From NCBI GenBank assembly GCA_965199855.1, contig OZ241326.1, positions 2,211,908 to 2,275,907 of the forward strand: DNA of 64,000 nucleotides, in the 5' to 3' direction. Each line of letters opens with the position of its first letter. Position 1 is the first letter of the stretch. The notes under the pieces are model-generated. The model ran no database searches. It was given only the letters and a program-made list of their open reading frames with translations, and was not told the origin of the DNA. This document shows, in pieces, positions 51,874-60,962 of the stretch. The stretch comes from a bacterium. Its GTDB lineage: Bacteria; UBA8248. The position numbers and the translations under genes are program-made.

Positions 51874-52680
51874 ATGCAGGATCGATACACGGGCGACGTA
51901 GGGGATTTCGGCAAATACGGACTGCTCCGCGCCATCACCCGGCCCGGGATTACGAAAAAAGACGGCCAGGAGACATTGAGCCTCGGCGTCGTGTGGTATC
52001 GCCATCCCGACGAGAAAGACACGAACGACGGCGAGCATATCGACTATCTCGGCCCTTCCGGGCGCGAGAATTTTCGGAAGTGCGATCCTGAACTATATGA
52101 TTGCCTGAGCAAGATCGTCAGATATGACTCCAAAACCAGGAAGGCAAAGGGTCGCAGGGCGATATCGAAGATCGAGAATAGCGAGATACTCGGTTCGCAA
52201 ACTCGTTTTTTCGGCAGGCGATGTCCTTATGACGCGGATGCTCGTAAAAAATGGCGCCGAGAAGCGTTGAACGAAATGAAGGGATGCGATTTGGTATTCC
52301 TCGACCCGGACAACGGGCTCAGGTGCAACCAGAACCTTGACAGCGGAAAACACGCCTACCTTGAGGAAGTCTTGAGCTTTGTTCTTCAAGGCAGCGCAGT
52401 AATTTTCTATCATCATCCTGACAGGTGAAAAACGCATAATGAACAAATCAGAAAACTCGCTCAATATATTGCTCGCAAGTTGGATAAAAATCACCGCGTA
52501 TCCGCTTTCCGTTACCGCAGAGGGAACTCCCGGGCGTTTTTCATCATTTGGCCGCGGGATCGGCAGAAAGTATTCAAGCCCCGCATGAAGGCGATTCGTG
52601 ATGGCCTGTGGGGCCGGGAATGTCGCTTTGAACTCACGGCGCGTTCCATCTCCGGCAAAAGCAGGGGCAACCCGAGTTAG
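51874..52680 (+). pseudogene. AT-rich gene of unknown function interrupted by one in-frame TGA (52426-52428)
   Basis: Track ORFs 51874..52428 and 52480..52680 share one frame, with only TGA plus 17 sense codons between them (…VIFYHHPDR-*-KTHNEQIRKLAQYIARKLDKNHRVSAFRY…). A strong SD (AGGAGG) precedes ATG 51874. The region is visibly lower in GC than comF and pdxA on either side. Confidence 0.6.
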
Positions 52681-52704
52681 ATAAAGGGTTCCGCGCGTTT
52701 CCCC

Positions 52705-53739
52705 TCACCTCCTCCCGCTCCCGGCCATGCGGGCGGCGAGGAGGAGGGCGTCCACCATGCTGGCGTGATCCGCCGCGCCCTCCCCCGCGATGGGAAACCC
52801 CGTCCCGTGCTCCACCGAGGTTCTGACGATGGGCAGGCCCAGCGTCACGTTGACGCCGCGCACGGCGGCGCGCCCGCTCGCGTCGAAGCGAAAGCACATG
52901 AGCTTGCCGGGAATGTGTCCCTGGTCGTGATACATGGCCACGACGCCGTCGTAGCGTCCGCCCCGCAGCTCCGCGAAAATCGTGTCCGGCGGCGCGGGGC
53001 CATGCGCGTCAACCCCCGCCTCCCGCAAATCCGAGACGGCGGGGGCTATCTCCCGCGCCTCCTCCTCCCCGAACAGGCCGGATTCCCCCGCGTGGGGGTT
53101 GAGGCCCGCGACGCCGACGCGGGGCGCCCTGCGATCCAGCCGGCGCAGGGCGTCGGCCAGAACCCGCCCCACGTGGACGATTCGCTTCCTCTTCACGCGC
53201 CTGATCGCCTCCCGGAGCGGGCAGTGGGTGGAGAGGTGGGCGATGCGCATCCTCCCGCGCGCCAGCATCATGACGGGGCGCCCGCCGCCGCACAGGTCGG
53301 CGAGCATCTCGGTATGCCCCGGATAGTCGTAGCCGCCGGCGCGCAGGGCCTCCTTGCTTATCGGCGCGGTCGCCACGGCGTCCGCCAGACCCGCGCGCGC
53401 CATCGAGACGGCCGCCTCGACGCATTCTCCCGCCGCCCTGCCCAGTTCGGGCAGGACTTTTCCGAAAACCCGGCTCCCGGCGGGGACGTTCCCCAGGTCC
53501 ACCACCGGCGTCCGCGCGGACGCCGGACGCGGGGCGCGCGCCTCCTCGCGCGCGATGGATTCCAGCCGCGCGGGAATCCCCATCCTGCGGGCGTGCCTGC
53601 GAAGCGCCGCCACGTCGCCGACGATGAGGGGCGCGCATCTCTTCCGAACGCGGGGTTCGAGGACGGCTTTCAGGCACACCTCCGGCCCCACGCCCGCCGG
53701 ATCGCCCATGGTCATCGCTATGACGGGTCGTCCCTTCAC
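52705..53739 (-). CDS. pdxA: 4-hydroxythreonine-4-phosphate dehydrogenase family (PdxA-like)
   Basis: ORF 52705..53823. I prefer GTG 53739, which is preceded by GGGAGGGAAGGGG and gives (M)KGRPVIAMTMGDPAGVGPEV. Also GYDYPGHTEML, GLNPHAGE and YHDQGHIP. Confidence 0.88.
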   Translation of the reverse strand: MKGRPVIAMTMGDPAGVGPEVCLKAVLEPRVRKRCAPLIVGDVAALRRHARRMGIPARLESIAREEARAPRPASARTPVVDLGNVPAGSRVFGKVLPELGRAAGECVEAAVSMARAGLADAVATAPISKEALRAGGYDYPGHTEMLADLCGGGRPVMMLARGRMRIAHLSTHCPLREAIRRVKRKRIVHVGRVLADALRRLDRRAPRVGVAGLNPHAGESGLFGEEEAREIAPAVSDLREAGVDAHGPAPPDTIFAELRGGRYDGVVAMYHDQGHIPGKLMCFRFDASGRAAVRGVNVTLGLPIVRTSVEHGTGFPIAGEGAADHASMVDALLLAARMAGSGRR

Positions 53740-53876
53740 GGCGGCCCCTTCCCTCCCTTCGCCCCCTCGGCTCCGGGAGCGCATCGGGGGAAACCCTTGA
53801 CTTCGGCGGCGCGTCCTCCCCAAGATGCGCCTCGCACTATGAAGGCATCCGAAGCCCCCATCAAGAGGAAAACCCC

Positions 53877-54386
53877 TTGGGAGAGAAGGGCGCGAGCGCG
53901 CGGAGGACGACGCGCAAACTCCATGAGCTCGGCTTCACGCACGTCCTGATGATTCCGGACAGCGAGAGCCGGCTCCTTTACGAGGCGCTGGAGCGCGACG
54001 AGAGGATCGACCTCATCACCCCCTGCCGGGAGGGCGAGTCCGTCGCCATCGCCGCGGGGCTCTGGACGGGCGGCCAAAAGCCCCTGCTCGTGATTCAGAA
54101 CACCGGGCTGATGGAGGCGGGAGACGCCCTGCGGGGCTGCGGGACGGGCCCCGGGGCGCCTTTGCGGATGATGGTCGGCTGGCGGGGATACGGCGGGGCG
54201 ACCGCCGGAAAGCTGCCGATTGATTCGGCCTACGCCTTCACGGAGCCCCTGCTTGAGGCTTGGAGAATCCCGACCTGGCGGCTCATGTCCGACGACGACC
54301 TGGGGGCGCTCGACCTGATGGACGAGGCGGCGGCGTCCGCCTCCTACCCGGCGGCCGTCCTCACCGGCTACGGGTTCAGACCATGA
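53877..54386 (+). CDS. TPP-dependent decarboxylase, alpha (pyrimidine-binding) subunit; sulfopyruvate/phosphonopyruvate decarboxylase-like
   Basis: 169 aa. GFTHVLMIPDSESRLLYEAL...REGESVAIAAGLWTGGQKPLLVIQNTGL. The N-terminal module of a TPP enzyme is encoded here as a separate small protein. Confidence 0.7.
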   Translation: MGEKGASARRTTRKLHELGFTHVLMIPDSESRLLYEALERDERIDLITPCREGESVAIAAGLWTGGQKPLLVIQNTGLMEAGDALRGCGTGPGAPLRMMVGWRGYGGATAGKLPIDSAYAFTEPLLEAWRIPTWRLMSDDDLGALDLMDEAAASASYPAAVLTGYGFRP

Positions 54387-54399
54387 GGGGCGAATCCTC

Positions 54400-54984
54400 T
54401 TGATAGAGCGCATGGAGCTGTTCCGGGCGCTGGCCGCGCGCAGGACGGACGAAATCGTGGTGATGACCATGACCGCCACCCTCCAGTGGCCGCTGGTCTC
54501 GAAGAGCGACCTCGATTTCGACTTTCTGGCGTTCGGCATGGGCCACGCCGCCGACTTCGGCCTGGGTCTCGCCCTCGCGCGTCCCGAGCGGAAGACCATC
54601 GTCTGGAAAGGGGACGGGGGACTCCTGATGAGCCTGGGTTCGCTGGTGACGCTGGCGCGCTACGCGCCGGGAAACCTCGTCGTCTTCCTGCTCGAGAACA
54701 GGAGCTACGAGATGGTGGGCGGGCAGGCGCTTCCGCCCCGCGCCGATTTCGTGGAGCTGGCGCGCGCCTCGGGCTTCGAGGGCGGCGGCGCGACGGGCGC
54801 GGGCAAGGTCGCGCGCGTTGACTCTCTCGAAGGGTTTCAGGACGCCCTGCCGCGGATGCTCGCCGAGCAAGGCCCCCATTTCATCGTTCTTCCGGTCAAG
54901 AACAGCGAGGAGCTCCCGCCCGTGAACCATTCCGACCACGCCGGGAGAATCAGGACGCTGAGAGGGGCGCTGGGCGTCCAGTGA
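54400..54984 (+). CDS. TPP-dependent decarboxylase, beta (diphosphate-binding) subunit
   Basis: 194 aa. GMGHAADFGLGLALARPERKTIVWKGDGGLLMSLGSLVTLA...NLVVFLLENRSYE carries the GDG...N TPP motif. ATG 54412 is an alternative start. Confidence 0.7.
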   Translation: MIERMELFRALAARRTDEIVVMTMTATLQWPLVSKSDLDFDFLAFGMGHAADFGLGLALARPERKTIVWKGDGGLLMSLGSLVTLARYAPGNLVVFLLENRSYEMVGGQALPPRADFVELARASGFEGGGATGAGKVARVDSLEGFQDALPRMLAEQGPHFIVLPVKNSEELPPVNHSDHAGRIRTLRGALGVQ

Positions 54985-55027
54985 TCGGCGCGGGCGGAGA
55001 AAGCGCCCGGACCCGCGAGCCTGCGCC

Positions 55028-55717
55028 TCAGTCGAGAGTCAGGACGCTCTCCAGCTCGTCGAGCGAGCGGATTTCCGCGTCGATCTCGTGGGGAACGCGC
55101 TCTTTTTTCTGCGCGAGGCGATTCACCCAGACCACGCGGAACCCGAAGCAGGACGCGCCCGCAACGTCCCACCCGTTCGAGGAGAAGAAGCAGATTCTCC
55201 CGGCGGGAACGCCGAGCCTGTCCGCCGCCAGCCGATAGGCGTCGGGATGCGTCTTGAAAACGCCCGCCTCCTCCACGGAGAGGACGGCTTCGAGGTATTC
55301 CCCGATTCCGGCGCTTTCCACCGCGCTGGCGAGCATTTCGGGCGATCCGTTCGAGAGAATCGCCGCCCGCGCCCGCTTCTCCCTCAGCCTTTCCAGGACG
55401 CCCCGCACCTCGGGATACGCGCTCAGCCGCCCGTAGAGCGCCATGAGCTCCTCCCGAAGCTTCGGGTCGCCCACGTCCAGCGCGTCCAGGGCGAAATCGA
55501 GCGCGTCGCCCGTCACCCGCCAGAAATCCGCGTGGCGGCCCATCAGGCTCCTCAGCCACGAGTACTCGATCTGCTTCGCGCGCCAGAGCGAGGAGAGCTC
55601 CCGCCACCGCTCGCCCAGCTCCGCCCGCTTTTCCTCCGCCGCCGCGGATACGTCGAACAGCGTGCCGTAGGCGTCGAACACGCAGGCGTCAACTTCATGC
55701 TCGCCCAGCAGGATCAT
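55028..55717 (-). CDS. haloacid dehalogenase type II (HAD superfamily)
   Basis: 229 aa. FDAYGTLFDV (nucleophile Asp), AILSNG, and FFSSNGWDVAGA...VVWVNR. Confidence 0.85.
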   Translation of the reverse strand: MILLGEHEVDACVFDAYGTLFDVSAAAEEKRAELGERWRELSSLWRAKQIEYSWLRSLMGRHADFWRVTGDALDFALDALDVGDPKLREELMALYGRLSAYPEVRGVLERLREKRARAAILSNGSPEMLASAVESAGIGEYLEAVLSVEEAGVFKTHPDAYRLAADRLGVPAGRICFFSSNGWDVAGASCFGFRVVWVNRLAQKKERVPHEIDAEIRSLDELESVLTLD

Positions 55718-55751
55718 CTCGTCCTCCCCGCGTCGAGGCGCGCGCGCCCTC

Positions 55752-56726
55752 TCAAGGCGTCAGATTCACCTTGCCCAGAAACTTTTCGCCCAGCAGAAGC
55801 TCGTGGGAATCGTTCGCCCGCTCCAGGGGAAGTTCCCGCCCGACGTGGGGCTTGACGGCGCCTCTCTCCAGCAGGGGACGCAGGCGCTTGAGGATGCCCG
55901 GGACGAGCGGATTCAGATTCCCCGAGGAGAGCGCGAGAATCCTGGCGTCGCGGCCCATGGCCGCCGGCAGGGAAATCGCCGCGTCGGGCCCCTTGCCCGT
56001 CCCCGTTCCGACGACGACGATTCGGCCGTTGACGGCGATGAGCTCCAGGTCCGCGGGCAGGTTCTCGCAGGCCGCGGTTTCGACGACCACGTCCGCGCCG
56101 CGTCCGGCACTCAGCTCCATGACGCGCCCGGGGACGCTCTCCTCCCTGTAGTTGACGACCGCCCCGGCGCCCGCCGCGAGGCAGAAATCCGCCTTCTCCT
56201 TCGAGCTCGCGGTGGCGAATACCCGGCAGCCCATCGCGCGCGCCAGCTGAATCGCCAGGTGGCCCACGCCGCCCGCGCCCCCCTGGACGAGGACGCAGTC
56301 GCCCGGCGCCGCCTCTCCCTTGACGACCAGGGCGTTCCAGGCCGTGAGAAGCGGGATGGGCAGGGCGGCGCCCTCGGCGAAGGACATCGCGTCCGGGAGC
56401 CTCCCCGTGGAGGCCGCGGACAGGAGCGCCTTCCCGGCGTATGCCCCCGTCAGGGCGCGGCCCCACACCCGATCCCCCGGGGCGAACGCATCGACGCCCT
56501 CGCCCACCGCCTCCACCTCGCCGGCTACGTCCGTCCCGCACGTGTAGGGCGGGCGCATCTCGCGGGCGCGCGGATGCTTCCCCGAACGAATGGCGATTTC
56601 CAGGGGATTCACCCCGGCGGCCGCCACGCGCGCGAGAATTTCGCCCGCGCCGGGCCGCGGCTCCTCCGCGTCTTCGAGAACCATGGGATGCTCAAGTCCG
56701 AACCGCGTCACCCGCACCGCCTTCAT
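55752..56726 (-). CDS. NADPH:quinone oxidoreductase (zeta-crystallin / MDR family)
   Basis: 324 aa. Starts MKAVRV, then GVNPLEIAIRSG and VLVQGGAGGVGHLAIQLARAMGCRVFAT. Confidence 0.85.
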   Translation of the reverse strand: MKAVRVTRFGLEHPMVLEDAEEPRPGAGEILARVAAAGVNPLEIAIRSGKHPRAREMRPPYTCGTDVAGEVEAVGEGVDAFAPGDRVWGRALTGAYAGKALLSAASTGRLPDAMSFAEGAALPIPLLTAWNALVVKGEAAPGDCVLVQGGAGGVGHLAIQLARAMGCRVFATASSKEKADFCLAAGAGAVVNYREESVPGRVMELSAGRGADVVVETAACENLPADLELIAVNGRIVVVGTGTGKGPDAAISLPAAMGRDARILALSSGNLNPLVPGILKRLRPLLERGAVKPHVGRELPLERANDSHELLLGEKFLGKVNLTP

Positions 56727-56758
56727 GCCGCTCTCCTCATCGCGCCCGGCGCCGCGCC

Positions 56759-57733
56759 TTAGGGGATCAGGACGACCTTCCCGACGAACCGGCCCTCCAG
56801 CACGTGGTCGTGCGCCTCGTTCGCCTCCTCGAAGCGCGCCGTCCTGTCAACGTGGACGCGGAACGCGCCCTCGCGCAGCAGGGGCGCGAAGCGGCGCACC
56901 AGCTCCGGCAGCTTGGGAAACAGGTTCACCACGGCCAGCCCCAGCACCACGGCGTCCTTCGTCATCACGGCCGGAACCCGGAACTCCGCGCCCGGCCCCT
57001 TGCCCGTGCCCGTGCCGATGACGATGATTCTTCCGTCCACGCGGATGGCGTCCAGGTCCCTGTCGAAATTGTCGCACGCGCAAAGCTCGACGATGACGTC
57101 AACGCCGCGCCCGCCGGTGAGCTCCAGGCAGCGCGCGGCGAAGTCCTCCTCGCGGTAGTTGATCACCGCGTCCGCGCCCAGGCTCCGGCAGAATTCCGCC
57201 TTCTCCTCCGAGCTCACCGTCGCGAAAACGCGGCACCCCAGACGCCTGGCGAGCTGAATCGCCGCCATGCCGACGCCTCCCGCCCCGCCCTGCACCAGCA
57301 CCGTCTCGCCGGGGCCCGCCGCCGCCTTGATGACGAGCGCGTTCCAGGCCGTATAGAACGCCACCGTGACGCACGCTCCCTCCTCCCAGGAATAGGCGTC
57401 GGGCAGCTCCGCCGCGGCGTCGGCCGCAAGCCGGACGCGCTCGGCGTAGCTTCCGCCGACGGCGCGGCCATAGACGCGCTGGCCGACTCGCCAGTTCTCC
57501 ACCCCCTCGCCCAGGGCGATGACCTCCCCCGCCGCCTCGGCGCCGGGAACGTAGGGCGGCGAAACCAGTTTGGCGTAGGGGTGCCGGGCGGCGCGGATGG
57601 CCAGGTCCACCGGATTGACGCCCACTGCGCCGGTTCGTATCAGCACCTCGCCGGGCTGGGGCGCGGCGTCCTCCACGTCATCCACCCGCATGGGAACGTC
57701 CAGGTTGAATTCATGTACGCGCACCGCTTTCAT
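56759..57733 (-). CDS. NADPH:quinone oxidoreductase (tandem paralog)
   Basis: ATG 57733 gives MKAVRVHEF, then GVNPVDLAIRAA and VLVQGGAGGVGMAAIQLARRLGCRVFAT. Clearly paralogous to the gene downstream. Confidence 0.85.
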   Translation of the reverse strand: MKAVRVHEFNLDVPMRVDDVEDAAPQPGEVLIRTGAVGVNPVDLAIRAARHPYAKLVSPPYVPGAEAAGEVIALGEGVENWRVGQRVYGRAVGGSYAERVRLAADAAAELPDAYSWEEGACVTVAFYTAWNALVIKAAAGPGETVLVQGGAGGVGMAAIQLARRLGCRVFATVSSEEKAEFCRSLGADAVINYREEDFAARCLELTGGRGVDVIVELCACDNFDRDLDAIRVDGRIIVIGTGTGKGPGAEFRVPAVMTKDAVVLGLAVVNLFPKLPELVRRFAPLLREGAFRVHVDRTARFEEANEAHDHVLEGRFVGKVVLIP

Positions 57734-57829
57734 CAGCCGCTTCGCTCCTCCGTTCGGGAAATCGCCCCGCAAGCCGCCGGACGACAAAAGAGACCTGAAC
57801 CATATCCCATAACCGCGCGCGGGCGAAGC

Positions 57830-58699
57830 CTAGAACGCATCCGACCAGCTTCCGCGGCGGCGCTCGCCCGCGTCGCACGGCGGCGCCGCTCTCGACGCGG
57901 GGAGCGCTCCCGCCGCGGCCGCCGCTCCCGAAGCGAGAAGGGGGGTTCGCTTCGCGCTCCGCGCCGGGCGCGGAGCCGGCGCGCCGACGATCTCCAGCGC
58001 CAGCTTTCTCCTGACGGCGCGCCCGAAGGACCCGAAGCCGTCGGCGACCACCAGAAAGGAGCGCCTGCCCCCGATGACGCATTTTCGATAATACAAATCC
58101 AGGTTCGGCATCGGGGCTCTCCCCCAGGGGCTGGGCCGGCCGTTCATGATGGGGAGTCCGTTGATCGTCACCCCCGCGCGCAGGGCCTTCGCGCGCGCCG
58201 CGGTCACGAAGTCCCCGCTGTTGTTGGGGCCGTCGCCGGAGATGTCGATGACGCGGCGCTCCCCCCTGAAGCCGCTGCCCTCGAACAGCGTCAGCGCGAA
58301 CTCTATCGCGCCGCTTATGGAGGTGTAGGGCCCCCTGCCCACCGGCCTGCGGGCGAGGAGAGCGGCGAACGCCTCGGCACTCGCCCTGTCGTGAATCCCC
58401 CGCCAGCCCACCACGCTGGTCTGAAAATCGTAGCCTGCCCACTCCACGTAGGTCGCCGCGATGCGCTTTCGCCTGCCCGAGCGGATGGCGCGCAGGACGG
58501 AGGGGGAGCGAAAGGCGCTCACGTATCCCATGCGCTGGAGCTTCCCCTCTTCTTCGTCCACGCTGCCGGAGACGTCGATGGCGAGAACCAGCTCCAGGTC
58601 CACGGCGACCTCGGCGGAGCGCGCGAGACCCGCGTGAAGGGAGACAGCGAGCGCCGCCGCCAAAGCCGCCGGAGCGATTCGCGTGAAGGAGCGAGCCAT
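57830..58699 (-). CDS. DUF1194-family (VWA-like) secreted protein
   Basis: 289 aa. Signal peptide, then VDLELVLAIDVSGSVD (DxSxS), IDISGDGPNN and GVTINGLPI. Confidence 0.7.
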   Translation of the reverse strand: MARSFTRIAPAALAAALAVSLHAGLARSAEVAVDLELVLAIDVSGSVDEEEGKLQRMGYVSAFRSPSVLRAIRSGRRKRIAATYVEWAGYDFQTSVVGWRGIHDRASAEAFAALLARRPVGRGPYTSISGAIEFALTLFEGSGFRGERRVIDISGDGPNNSGDFVTAARAKALRAGVTINGLPIMNGRPSPWGRAPMPNLDLYYRKCVIGGRRSFLVVADGFGSFGRAVRRKLALEIVGAPAPRPARSAKRTPLLASGAAAAAGALPASRAAPPCDAGERRRGSWSDAF

Positions 58700-58863
58700 C
58701 GCCTCTCCTGAAGCCTGCGCCTTTCCGCGCCGCGCGGGAACGGCCCGCTCCCCGCGGCGCGCCCCCGGCCGGACGCGGCGCCGGAGGCGCCCGGTTCGCT
58801 CGCGCCCGGAACCGGGCTATCGTAATATGAAACGCTGGGTTGCTTCACCATGGAGAGTTGGCG

Positions 58864-60255
58864 ATGCTCGACCTCAAGCCTCCCGACGCGGCGATCGAAA
58901 TCCTCCGCGCCCTGCGCGCCGCGGGCCACCGGGCGCTTCTCGCGGGAGGCTGCGTGCGCGACGCCCTCCTCGGCCGCGAGCCCAGGGACTGGGACATCGC
59001 CACGGACGCGGGCCCCGAAGCCGCGCGGACCCTCTTCGAGAAGACCGTGGCCGTGGGCGCGCGGTTCGGCGTCTCGCGCGTCCTGCTGGACGGCCGGGAG
59101 TTCGAGGTGGCGCAGTTCCGGCGGGACGGCGCCTACGAGGACGGCAGGCGGCCCGCCTCGGTTCTTCCCACCAGCGAGGAGGAGGACGCGAGGCGGCGCG
59201 ACTTCACCATCAACGGAATGTTCTACGACCCGTTCGAGCGCCGCGCGCTCGACTACGTCGGCGGCCTGCGCGACCTCGACGGAAAAATCATCCGCGCCAT
59301 CGGGGACCCGAACCTCCGCTTCCGGGAAGATCATCTGCGGATGATGCGGGCGGCGCGCTTCTCGGCGCGGTTCGGCTTCGACATCGAGCCGGCGACCGCC
59401 GCCGCCGTCCGCGCCAACGCCGGGCGCATCTCCAGAATAAGCCCCGAGAGGATTCAGGAGGAGCTGACGGCGATGCTCACCGGGGAGAATCCCCATCGCG
59501 CCCTCGCCGCGCTGGATTCGCTCGGACTCCTCGAATGCGTCCTGCCCGAGGTCGCCGCCATGAAGGGGGTGGCGCAGCCGCCGGAATTCCACCCCGAGGG
59601 CGACGTCTGGACGCACGTCCTCCTCATGCTGGCGCTCATGCGCGCCCCCTCGCCCGCGCTCGCCTGGGGCGTCCTGCTCCACGACGTCGGAAAGCCCGCC
59701 ACCTACGCGGAGGCCGACCGCATCCGCTTCAACGGGCACGACAGGGCGGGGGCGGAGATGAGCGCGAACGTCTGCGGCAGGCTGCGCATGTCCGGCGCGC
59801 GCGCGTCGAGGATTCGGGAGCTGGTCGCCAACCACATGCGCTTCATGCGCGTGGAGAAGATGCGGGAGAGCCGCCTGAAGCGGCTGCTCCGCGAGCCCTG
59901 CTTCGAGGAGCTCCTGGAGCTGCACCGCCTCGACTGCCTCGCCAGCCACGGCGATTTGAGAACCCATGAATTCTGCGTCCGGAAACGGCGCGCGCTCCGG
60001 GAGGAGGCCCTCCGCCCGCCGCGCCTGCTGGACGGCCGCGAACTGATGAAAATGGGCTATCCGCCGGGGCCGGGGCTGGGGGAGATTCTCGCCGCCATCG
60101 AGGACGCGCAGCTCGAGGGCCGCGTCTCCACCGCCGCGCAGGCCAGGGATTTCACGAGGCGAAACTTCGCCCTTCCGGAGACTCGCCCCTCCGGAAAGCC
60201 GCGCGCTCCCGCGCGGGCCGACCCGCCTCCCGGCGACCGCGGGGAGCGGCCATGA
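58864..60255 (+). CDS. cca: CCA tRNA nucleotidyltransferase (pol-beta NTase + HD domain)
   Basis: ORF 58840..60255; I prefer ATG 58864. LLAGGCVRDALLG...DWDIAT (NTase motif), FRRDG...RRDFTINGMFYD, and the HD region VLLHDVGKP. Confidence 0.85.
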   Translation: MLDLKPPDAAIEILRALRAAGHRALLAGGCVRDALLGREPRDWDIATDAGPEAARTLFEKTVAVGARFGVSRVLLDGREFEVAQFRRDGAYEDGRRPASVLPTSEEEDARRRDFTINGMFYDPFERRALDYVGGLRDLDGKIIRAIGDPNLRFREDHLRMMRAARFSARFGFDIEPATAAAVRANAGRISRISPERIQEELTAMLTGENPHRALAALDSLGLLECVLPEVAAMKGVAQPPEFHPEGDVWTHVLLMLALMRAPSPALAWGVLLHDVGKPATYAEADRIRFNGHDRAGAEMSANVCGRLRMSGARASRIRELVANHMRFMRVEKMRESRLKRLLREPCFEELLELHRLDCLASHGDLRTHEFCVRKRRALREEALRPPRLLDGRELMKMGYPPGPGLGEILAAIEDAQLEGRVSTAAQARDFTRRNFALPETRPSGKPRAPARADPPPGDRGERP

Positions 60256-60785
60256 CGCGAACCTCCATCATGACGGCGCGCGAGCTCGAAATCTCCCTCG
60301 GAAGAATCGCTTCCGAGATGGCGGAGGCGCGCGCGGCGGACGCGGGTCTCGCCCTCGTCGGAATCCTCACGCGCGGCGAGCCGCTGGCGCGGAGGCTCCG
60401 CAGGCGCATTCAGGAGCTCGAGAACGTCGCGCCCGCCCTCGGCGCCCTCGACATCGGAATTCACCGCGACGACGCGGGACACCCCGCGAAGGGGCGCGGC
60501 TTCGAGCCGACGCTCATCGACTTCGACATCACCGACCGCCACGTCTTCCTGGTGGACGACGTGTTCTTCACGGGCCGAACCGCGCGCGCCGCCCTGGACG
60601 CCCTGATGGAGCTGGGGCGGCCGAAGCGCATCTGGCTCGCCGTCCTGATAGATCGGGGACACCGGGAGCTGCCCTTCCGCCCCGACTTCATCGGCAAGAG
60701 CGTGCCCACCTCGCTCGATGAGCGCGTCCAGGTGCGGATGCGGGAGGTGGACGGCGAGGACGGGGTATGGCTCGCGAAAGGATGA
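60252..60785 (+). CDS. second PyrR/uracil phosphoribosyltransferase paralog
   Basis: 177 aa. LALVGILTRGEPLARRL...HVFLVDDVFFTGRTARAALDAL...AVLIDRGHRELPFRPDFIGK. The ATG overlaps the cca stop (ATGA). No leader or attenuator. Confidence 0.85.
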   Translation: MTRTSIMTARELEISLGRIASEMAEARAADAGLALVGILTRGEPLARRLRRRIQELENVAPALGALDIGIHRDDAGHPAKGRGFEPTLIDFDITDRHVFLVDDVFFTGRTARAALDALMELGRPKRIWLAVLIDRGHRELPFRPDFIGKSVPTSLDERVQVRMREVDGEDGVWLAKG

Positions 60786-60854
60786 GCCGCTGCGGGGGAG
60801 AGGCGGCCGCGCTTCCCCAGGTTGCCTTTTTTATATTTTGAAGTCCAGGTCGAT

Positions 60855-60962
60855 TTACGCACCCTCAATGCCCTGCAACCTGTCTCGCAGGGCCGCTCGC
60901 TGTTCAGGGGACATAGCCGCCGCTAACTTCTTGAATTCATGTATTTCTTTATCCTTTTTCAT
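60855..60962 (-). CDS. possible 35-aa small ORF at the end of the AT-rich islet
   Basis: Own translation: MKKDKEIHEFKKLAAAMSPEQRAALRDRLQGIEGA*. It overlaps the 3' end of the 157-aa gene by 14 nt and has no clear SD. Too short for the ORF track. Confidence 0.25.
   Translation of the reverse strand: MKKDKEIHEFKKLAAAMSPEQRAALRDRLQGIEGA

Noticed and set aside
52426-52480. TGA at 52426 as a second selenocysteine codon.
   Set aside because: The downstream 50 nt are AT-rich and form no stable hairpin. There is no Cys/redox motif around the site. A nonsense mutation in a foreign gene is more parsimonious.
60795-60836. GC-rich imperfect hairpin followed by a T-run after pyrR2, as an intrinsic terminator.
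   Set aside because: The stem needs two bulges, and the T-run starts about 9 nt after the stem instead of immediately. This is not convincing enough to annotate.
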